From contig CAWGMV010000024.1 in the NCBI GenBank assembly GCA_963823635.1, forward strand, positions 1,468-65,467: DNA of 64,000 nucleotides. Direction: 5' to 3'. Position numbers and translations under genes: made by a program. Under the pieces are notes generated by a model. That model saw only the letters and a list, made by a program, of their open reading frames with translations. It did not search any database and was not told the origin of the DNA. The first letter of the stretch is position 1. Each line of letters starts with the position of its first letter. Source of the stretch: an uncultured Acidobacteriaceae bacterium (GTDB lineage Bacteria; Acidobacteriota; Terriglobia; Terriglobales; Acidobacteriaceae). Below are positions 57,734 through 64,000 of the stretch, piece after piece.

Positions 57734-58432
57734 ATGCCCTCCGCGCTCGCCATACTGAACCAGGAGATCCTGAACTGCACTCGCTGCCCACGCCTGGTGG
57801 TCTATCGTCAGCAGGTCGGCCGAGAAAAGCGCCGCGCTTATCTTGCCTGGGACTACTGGGCGCGGCCGGTGCCGGGCTTCGGCGACCCTCACGCTCGCGT
57901 GCTGATACTGGGACTGGCACCCGGCGCCCACGGCTCTAATCGCACGGGACGTCCGTTCACCGGCGATGCCTCGGGCAAGTTCATGTATCCCATCCTGTAC
58001 AAGGTGGGCTTCGCATCGCAGCCCAACGCCGAGAGCCGCGACGACGGACTGAAGCTCATCGATTGCTACATCACCGCGGCGGTGCGCTGCGCTCCGCCCG
58101 ACAACAAGCCGTTGCCTTCCGAGCTGGCCAACTGCGCGCCCTTCCTCGATCGCGAACTGGCGATCCTGAAGGAAGTGAGAGTCGTGGTCGCGCTGGGCAG
58201 GATCGGCTTCGATGCCTATCTGAGTCACCTGAAGCGCAACGGAATAATTCAGAGCAGGTCTGGATATTTATTTGCCCACGCCGCCCGCTACGCCGTGCCG
58301 AATGGCGTGACTCTGCTGGCCTCCTACCATCCGTCAAACCAGAACACCGCCACTGGCAAGCTGACAGCGGCTATGTTTGAGGCTATTTTTCGGGAAGCGA
58401 AAAAGATTGCCGCCGCGCGCTTAGCGTTGTAG
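57734..58432 (+). CDS. uracil-DNA glycosylase superfamily protein (family 4/5-like, Fe-S type)
   Basis: 232 aa. Motifs CTRCPRL and [19 protein letters not shown], plus the C-terminal HPS motif (SYHPSNQN). Confidence 0.85.
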   Translation: MPSALAILNQEILNCTRCPRLVVYRQQVGREKRRAYLAWDYWARPVPGFGDPHARVLILGLAPGAHGSNRTGRPFTGDASGKFMYPILYKVGFASQPNAESRDDGLKLIDCYITAAVRCAPPDNKPLPSELANCAPFLDRELAILKEVRVVVALGRIGFDAYLSHLKRNGIIQSRSGYLFAHAARYAVPNGVTLLASYHPSNQNTATGKLTAAMFEAIFREAKKIAAARLAL

Positions 58433-58727
58433 TGCGTATCGGTTGCTGGGCGAACTGAAGCCGCTTGAGCTTGATTCGGTCGGAGCGGACTTGGGCGAGG
58501 TCGTAATGCGCCTGCTGCGTGAGCCAACTCTCCGCGCTACCGCCGAACACCTTGGACAGGCGCACTGCCATCTCGGGAGAGATTCCGCGCTTCTCGTTGA
58601 CCAACTCTGACAACGTGGTGCGCGTTACGCCAAGAGCGGCGGCGGCTTGCGTGATGGTCAAGCCCAAAGGCTCGATACACTGGCGCAACACGAAGCCGCC
58701 AGGGTGTGGAGGGTTTTTCATCGGCAT
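58383..58727 (-). CDS. higA: HigA-family antitoxin (XRE HTH)
   Basis: 114 aa. The sequence [56 protein letters not shown] is typical of HigA. Its 3' end overlaps the convergent UDG gene by 50 nt. Confidence 0.85.
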   Translation of the reverse strand: MPMKNPPHPGGFVLRQCIEPLGLTITQAAAALGVTRTTLSELVNEKRGISPEMAVRLSKVFGGSAESWLTQQAHYDLAQVRSDRIKLKRLQFAQQPIRTTTLSARRQSFSLPEK

Positions 58728-58739
58728 GGTTCAGGCTCC

Positions 58740-59018
58740 TTAGTGGTAATCGACATAATCAATATCCAGTACATCGCCCTCTACAAAGCGGAAAATCACC
58801 CGCCAGTTAGCGCGCACGGTCACAGCCCAATAGCCTTTGAACTGACCCTTGAGCGGATGCAGCCGGAAACCTGGTATGTTCATGTCAGAGGCTGTACCGG
58901 CAGCATCTAAGCGTGCGAGGATGTCGCGCAGTTTTACCACGTGCTGGCTAATCACGCCGCGAGGATCATCGTCCACATAAAGACCGCGGAGTCCCTTGTG
59001 GCGGATCGACCGGATCAC
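58740..59018 (-). CDS. higB: HigB-type toxin (RelE/ParE superfamily, killer protein)
   Basis: Start taken at the GTG at 59018. The sequence VIRSIRHKGL..RLHPLKGQFKGYWAVTVRANWRVIFRFVEGDVLDIDYVDYH matches the HigB consensus. The longer ORF starts with TTG at 59054. Confidence 0.85.
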   Translation of the reverse strand: MIRSIRHKGLRGLYVDDDPRGVISQHVVKLRDILARLDAAGTASDMNIPGFRLHPLKGQFKGYWAVTVRANWRVIFRFVEGDVLDIDYVDYH

Positions 59019-59088
59019 ATATCTGACCGTAATGCGTTGCGTAACGCATGTCAACAGGAGAGACCTTGGCAGACTTGAGACTTCTCTG

Positions 59089-59814
59089 CTACTGCCCCGG
59101 CAGGCTGAAGTCGATGCCCCGAGCCTCGTTGGCTTTAGTGGTGGCGGGAACGTTCAGCTCGGCGATAGGAATCTTGCGGGCGCGCTGTTCGGTGAACACC
59201 CACAGCGTCTTGCCGACGATGGCGTAGTTCTGGATTTCCTCGCTGTGATGGTCGCGAAACACCAGCACGGTTCCCGCCTGGATTTGCGCTTTCGGCTGCT
59301 GTGCAGAGCTTCGCGTTGCGCCTGACTGCTGCTCGTCGCGCAGGCGCGCTACCTCATCGTTCAGCCGGTCAATCTCCTGCTGCTGCTCGGCGATGACATA
59401 GGAGTTGGGATTGTCGGGAGGGGAATACGCATAGACCGGATACGACTGCGGTGGATATGAGTAAGAATCGCCTGACCAGCCGATGTCTCCATACCATCCC
59501 CAACCCCACGGATATCCCCACCAGCCCCATCCGTAACCGGCGCGATAACCCCACCAGGGATAGCGCCCGTAACCATAGCGGCCGTAGTAGGGATAATGAC
59601 CTGAGTAGCCATATCCGTACCCGCCATGGAAGCCGCCACCCCAATACGCGCCACGTGGAGCGCCCACAAATCCGCCCCCGCCGTGACCGGCGAACCCGCC
59701 ACGGGCTCCGCTACCGCCCATTCCACCATGTCCGCCGCCGCCGCCTCGCTGAGCCCACAACGGCACCGCGAGCAAAGCCGCACTCAACGCCGCTATGAAC
59801 CTCCAGCGCCGCAT
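59089..59814 (-). CDS. secreted Gly/Tyr/Trp-rich low-complexity protein with coiled-coil and conserved-looking C-terminal domain
   Basis: 241 aa with the signal peptide MRRWRFIAALSAALLAVPLWAQ. A region of about 110 aa is rich in GG/GY/GW. It is followed by QQQEIDRLNDEVARLRDEQQ and a globular tail (TVLVFRDHHSEEIQNYAIVGKTLWVF). Confidence 0.65.
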   Translation of the reverse strand: MRRWRFIAALSAALLAVPLWAQRGGGGGHGGMGGSGARGGFAGHGGGGFVGAPRGAYWGGGFHGGYGYGYSGHYPYYGRYGYGRYPWWGYRAGYGWGWWGYPWGWGWYGDIGWSGDSYSYPPQSYPVYAYSPPDNPNSYVIAEQQQEIDRLNDEVARLRDEQQSGATRSSAQQPKAQIQAGTVLVFRDHHSEEIQNYAIVGKTLWVFTEQRARKIPIAELNVPATTKANEARGIDFSLPGQ

Positions 59815-59950
59815 ACCACTATTATCGCTCTAAACGAAGAGGGCGGCGGGATGGAATTTGTGAATTCGCGGAGCCGTGCGATCTTTTACTTTGTCACCAC
59901 GACCTCGCTGCAAGCGAAAGGCGAAGAGCGAGAGGCGAAAAGCGGCCGTC

Positions 59951-62056
59951 CTACTCCTCCACCTCGACTTCTTCGCCGCGCTCGGCTTTGGCTTGGGCGA
60001 TGATTTTCTCCTGCTGCAAGGCGGGAACGAAGTCGTAATGGTGCATTTCCATGGCGAAGCTACCGCGGCCCTGAGTCATCGAGGTCAAGTCAGTGCCGTA
60101 GGTCAGCATTTCGGCCATCGGTACTTCAGCCTTGATGACGGTTTTGCCGGCCTTGTTGTCCATGCCCTGAATGCGGCCGCGACGGCTGTTGAGGTCGCCC
60201 ATGATGCTGCCAGCGAACTCGTCGGGAATGGTGATCTCGACGTTCATGATCGGCTCCAGCAGCGTGGGCTTGGCTTGTTCCATGGCCTTCTTGAAGGCGA
60301 TGCGGCCGGCCATCTTGAACGACAGCTCGTTGGAGTCCACATCGTGATAGGAGCCGTCGTAAAGCACGACCTTGAAGTCCACCACGGGATAGCTGGCGAG
60401 ATAGCCGCGGGCGGCGGCTTCGACGATGCCCTTCTCGACTGCGGGAATGTAGTTTCGGGGAATGGCGCCGCCGAAGATTTCGTTGACGAACTCGAAGTTG
60501 CCGCCGCGCGCCAGGGGCTCCACCTTGATGCGGCAGTCCCCGAACTGGCCGTGGCCGCCGGTTTGCTTCTTGTGGCGGCCCTGCACGTCGGCCCGCCCGC
60601 GAATGGTCTCGCGATAGGGAACTTTCGGTGCTTTGAGGACCACCTCGGTGTGGTACCGGTTCTTCAGCTTCGCGACCACCACTTCGATGTGCTGCTGGCC
60701 GGTGCCCGCGATGAGAAACTCTTTCGTCTGGGCGTCGCGAAAAAAACGCAGCATGGCATCTTCTTCCATCAGCTTGTGGATGCCGTTGCTCAGCTTGTCT
60801 TCGTCGGCTCGCGTTTTGGGCTCGATGGCGAAGGTGATCGCCGGCTCGGCAAAAGTGACTTGCGGATACTGAATTGGCGCGCTTTTGTCGCCCAGCGTGT
60901 CGCCCGTCAACGTGTCCTTGAGTTTCGCAACCGCACCGATGTCGCCGGCGTGCAGTTCATTCACGGGAATTGCGGTCTTGCCCTGCATCGCCGAAAGATG
61001 CGCGAATTTTTCCGGACTGCTGCGCGTAAAGTTCTGGAACGTAGCGTCGTTCTTCAATACGCCGGAATAAACCTTGAAGAACGAGATGCGGCCCGAGAAC
61101 GGATCGCTGATGGTCTTGAAGACGAAAAGCGAAAGCGGTTCGGTGTCGTTCACTTTGCGCTTTGCGGGCTCGCCATTGTTGGCCGTGGCCGCGGCTTTCA
61201 CCGTGCCGCGCTCGACCGCGGTCGGCAGGTAGTCGACAATGAAGTCGAGCACCTCATCCGTCCCAATGTTGCCCAGACCGGACGCGAACAGCACGGGGAA
61301 AATCTTGTCTTCGCGAATGGCGTTGTGCAGGCCGCCGATGATGTGCTCCTCGGCAATCGTGCCCTTGTCGAAGAACTCTTCCATCAGAGCGTCGTCGCCT
61401 TCCGCAACCAACTCGACCAACCGCTCGTGCGCGGCCTTGGCTTCCTCCGCCATGTTGGCCGGAATCTCGCCGACCTTGGACTTGCCGTTGCCGCCCATCT
61501 CGTAGGTGTAGGCCTTCATCTTCACCAGGTCCACGACGCCGCTAAAACTCTTCTCGGAGCCAATCGGCAACTGCACCGGAACAACGGTTCGGCCGAAGGC
61601 CGAGGTGAGCGATTCCATCGCGCGCGTGAAGTCGGCGCGCTCGCGGTCCATGCGCGTGCAGACGATGACGCGCGGCAGAGCAAACTTGTCGCAGTAATGC
61701 CAGATGCGCTCGGTGATGACTTCCACGCCGCTGACCGCATCCACCACCACCAGCGCGGCTTCCACGGCAGGCAGCACCATCTCTGCTTCGTGGATGAACA
61801 TGCTGAAGCCGGGCGTGTCCATGAGGTTGATCTTGGTATTGCGCCACTCGACCACGCCGGTCGCGGCCCCGATGGACATCGCGCGCGAGATCTCTTCGTC
61901 GTCGTAGTCGGTGACGGTGTTGCCTTCGTCCACCCGACCCTGGCGCTGCGTGGCGCCGGCGGTGAACAGCATGGCTGATGCGAGCGAGGTCTTGCCCGAG
62001 TGTGAGTGCCCGACCAGGGCGACGTTGCGGATATTTGCGCCTTCGTAATTCTTCAC
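59951..62056 (-). CDS. elongation factor G paralogue (EF-G2-like)
   Basis: 701 aa with full five-domain EF-G architecture. G1 is GHSHSGKT. G3 is DTPGFSMF, with no His after DxxG. G4 is TRMD instead of NKxD. It is not in an rpsL-rpsG-fusA context. Confidence 0.9.
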   Translation of the reverse strand: MKNYEGANIRNVALVGHSHSGKTSLASAMLFTAGATQRQGRVDEGNTVTDYDDEEISRAMSIGAATGVVEWRNTKINLMDTPGFSMFIHEAEMVLPAVEAALVVVDAVSGVEVITERIWHYCDKFALPRVIVCTRMDRERADFTRAMESLTSAFGRTVVPVQLPIGSEKSFSGVVDLVKMKAYTYEMGGNGKSKVGEIPANMAEEAKAAHERLVELVAEGDDALMEEFFDKGTIAEEHIIGGLHNAIREDKIFPVLFASGLGNIGTDEVLDFIVDYLPTAVERGTVKAAATANNGEPAKRKVNDTEPLSLFVFKTISDPFSGRISFFKVYSGVLKNDATFQNFTRSSPEKFAHLSAMQGKTAIPVNELHAGDIGAVAKLKDTLTGDTLGDKSAPIQYPQVTFAEPAITFAIEPKTRADEDKLSNGIHKLMEEDAMLRFFRDAQTKEFLIAGTGQQHIEVVVAKLKNRYHTEVVLKAPKVPYRETIRGRADVQGRHKKQTGGHGQFGDCRIKVEPLARGGNFEFVNEIFGGAIPRNYIPAVEKGIVEAAARGYLASYPVVDFKVVLYDGSYHDVDSNELSFKMAGRIAFKKAMEQAKPTLLEPIMNVEITIPDEFAGSIMGDLNSRRGRIQGMDNKAGKTVIKAEVPMAEMLTYGTDLTSMTQGRGSFAMEMHHYDFVPALQQEKIIAQAKAERGEEVEVEE

Positions 62057-62468
62057 GTATGACTCCTTGCGTTATAAGCCGTGCCACACCGCGCATCGCA
62101 GGTGACTCCGCGCGTTCTCAGAGGCGGCGTTCTCCGGGCGCAACGCGCAATCGCGTGCTGATACCACTCCGAGGTTGCCGATGAGGCAAAAAGCTACTCA
62201 GATGACGCTAAAGCTGCGTCTTCTGCGAGCCCCAAAAAGGCGGAGAACCATGCTGTGGTGCGCATGGTGAGCTGGACAAACCTAGAATCGTAGCACACTG
62301 AGTTTCTCAGCCTCAAACCGAAGCCCCGGCCTCTCGACGCAATTCTGCGAGCGCCACCGTCGATGCCTGGCAGCAAGGGCTGACTGACAAGGTTCATCGG
62401 CAATCTGACATAGGATTCTCGACTTGCATCCGACCAGCAGAACACGGAAACTGTACCTACCAGACTGA

Positions 62469-63176
62469 ATGAATCTCGCACTGTTCGGCGGCACCTTCGA
62501 TCCCATTCATCGCGGACACGTGGTCGTCGCTCGTGCCGCTGCTGCCAAGTTCCAACTGAAACAGATCTTATTTGTTCCGGCGGACATTCCTCCGCATAAG
62601 CTGAAAACACCAATCACCGCCTATTACCACCGCTATGCGATGATTTCGCTGGCGCTTGCCGGAGAGAAGGACTTCGTGCCCTCGCTGCTGGAAGCGCCGG
62701 ACCTCAACCACGACAGTCACGATCGTCGTCCAAGCTACTCTCTGGAGACGGTGCGCCGGGTCAAGAAGAACCTGGGCAAGAGCGACCACCTCTACTTTCT
62801 CATCGGTATGGATGCATTTAAAGATATTGCGGCCTGGTACAAGCCCGATGAGTTGCTTGCCGAGTGTGATTTCATCGTTGCAGCACGACCCGGTTATTCG
62901 CTGGCCGATGTGGCTTCATCGCTGCCGCAGAAGCTCCGCCCCAACGCGGCGGTGACAAAACTCTTCCGCAGGGAGAAGATGATTGGGCCGCTGGTGTTGC
63001 CGGGCGCAACCCTGCACATGCTGCCTGAGACGCATGAGAATGTGTCAGCCACGCAGATTCGCGCGGCGGTGGATCGCGGCGGAGCGTTGAAGCGGCTCGT
63101 GCCCGATGCCGTTGCAGAATACATTCACAAGGAACATCTTTATCGGGGCCGTCCAGTCAGGAGGAAAACTACTTGA
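62469..63176 (+). CDS. nadD: nicotinate-nucleotide adenylyltransferase
   Basis: 235 aa. Motifs GGTFDPIHRGH and the C-terminal SATQIR. Confidence 0.88.
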   Translation: MNLALFGGTFDPIHRGHVVVARAAAAKFQLKQILFVPADIPPHKLKTPITAYYHRYAMISLALAGEKDFVPSLLEAPDLNHDSHDRRPSYSLETVRRVKKNLGKSDHLYFLIGMDAFKDIAAWYKPDELLAECDFIVAARPGYSLADVASSLPQKLRPNAAVTKLFRREKMIGPLVLPGATLHMLPETHENVSATQIRAAVDRGGALKRLVPDAVAEYIHKEHLYRGRPVRRKTT

Positions 63177-63195
63177 ATCAAACCGGGCCGATCGC

Positions 63196-63687
63196 ATGAA
63201 GAAGAACGAATTGCGAGCACAAGTCGCTATCGCCGTACGCGCCTGCCAGGACAAGAAGGCCACCGACATCAGCATCCTGCAATTGGATGCGCAAGCCAGC
63301 GGATTCACCGACTACTTTGTGCTGTGTTCCGGAGCGAACCCTCGACAGGTGCAGGCCATCGCCGACGAAGTGGATCAGAAACTCAGCGCTGCCGGGGTGC
63401 AGCCCAAGCACATCGAGGGTCACAACCAGGCCGACTGGGTGCTGATGGATTACATCGATTTTGTAGTGCACGTCTTCTCTGAGAGCGCGCGCAAGTTCTA
63501 CGACCTGGAACGGCTGTGGAAGTCGGCAAAGCGGTTGCAACTCGCCGATCTGGAAAAGCCGGCGCGCACGCTTGTGGCGAAGAAGGTGGCGGTGAAGCGG
63601 CCCACGCAAGCGAAAAAAGCGGCAAAGCCGGCCAAGAGCGCAGGTCGCAAGCGTGGCCCGGCCTTTCGTCGCCGCAAGACCTCTTGA
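63196..63687 (+). CDS. rsfS: ribosome silencing factor with basic C-terminal tail
   Basis: Start taken at the ATG at 63196. Motifs DYFVLCSGANPRQVQAIAD and DYIDFVVHVF. The Lys/Ala-rich tail is unusual but coding-like. Confidence 0.88.
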   Translation: MKKNELRAQVAIAVRACQDKKATDISILQLDAQASGFTDYFVLCSGANPRQVQAIADEVDQKLSAAGVQPKHIEGHNQADWVLMDYIDFVVHVFSESARKFYDLERLWKSAKRLQLADLEKPARTLVAKKVAVKRPTQAKKAAKPAKSAGRKRGPAFRRRKTS

Positions 63688-63730
63688 GCTTTGTGGAACG
63701 CTCGATTTGCAAACTTGGAGCGAGAGGTAA

Positions 63731-63853
63731 AGCACGGCTTGCCGCAGTCCAGCGCCGTAGGCGCGGCTCAGTCTAGCCCAGCACGGAGCCGCAGGCGGAG
63801 TGCTGGGTACAATGGGAAATTGACCCGAGCCCTGTAGGGGCGGCAGAGTTCTG
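63731..63853. repeat. family 2 repeat, single half-copy
   Basis: GCGCCGTAGGCGCG..TAGCCCAGC..GCTGGGTACAATGGG..GAGCCCTGTAGGGGCGGCAGA parallels the left arm of 10384-10572. It is followed by a family 1 fragment at 63861-63907. Confidence 0.6.
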
Positions 63854-63910
63854 ACACATGCTCGTCGCCCACGAGGAATCTGCTTTTCTGATTCAGCGAG
63901 TTCCTAGCCT

Positions 63911-64000
63911 GTGAAACTTCGCATTGCATGGATCGGCCGCACCCGCAGCTCGCCCATCCAATCGCTGACCGCCGAGTATCTAAAGCGCCTTTCGCGTTAC
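63911..64000 (+). CDS. rlmH: 23S rRNA (pseudouridine1915-N3)-methyltransferase, 5' fragment (runs off window)
   Basis: The GTG at 63911 opens VKLRIAWIGRTRSSPIQSLTAEYLKRLSRY. The AEYLKRLSRY motif and the nadD-rsfS-rlmH gene order support the call. Confidence 0.55.
   Translation, partial: MKLRIAWIGRTRSSPIQSLTAEYLKRLSRY

Noticed and set aside
59876-61978. 700-aa ORF on the + strand, almost exactly antisense to the EF-G paralogue
   Set aside because: It is a shadow ORF. In a G+C-rich gene the sense codons TTA, CTA and TCA are rare, so the antisense frame rarely meets a stop. The translation is low-complexity (rich in Arg, Gly, Ala, His and Val) with no motifs. The minus-strand product has complete GTPase and EF-G domains.

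Overview
This is a G+C-rich bacterial chromosomal segment. The gene content and three families of interspersed palindromic intergenic repeats look like Acidobacteriota, but that placement is inference from memory, not a search. I can support about 63 protein-coding genes, and most are housekeeping. They include pntAA-pntAB-(pntB), tsaE, nadB, aroB, ubiE/menG, queF, engB, the tig-clpP-clpX-lon block, an EF-G paralogue and nadD-rsfS-rlmH. Envelope and transport genes are interleaved among them: three MFS-type transporters, a CDF transporter, a KirBac-type K+ channel, HdeD, a GT39 glycosyltransferase, an HlyD-TPR-TolC operon and a prepilin peptidase. Regulators are an ECF sigma factor, a NarL-type two-component pair and a TetR. 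There is also one catabolic-looking cluster.

I found no rRNA, tRNA, CRISPR array, transposase, integrase or recognisable phage-defence genes. The only selfish module is a higBA toxin-antitoxin pair. I do not see a convincing new multi-gene system.

The items most worth a second look are:
- a TetR / two crotonases / rhodanese / xanthine-oxidase-family Mo-enzyme cluster, whose FAD subunit carries a Cys-rich insertion like that of 4-hydroxybenzoyl-CoA reductase
- a pntB gene broken by four frameshifts in an otherwise intact window
- an HlyD-TPR-TolC operon with no inner-membrane pump
- two A+T-rich convergent spacers that share a reiterated TAAGTCCTT motif
- a CDF transporter with three tandem C-terminal domains
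- a Gly/Tyr/Trp-rich secreted protein

All start coordinates were refined by hand counting. No similarity searches or structure predictions were run.
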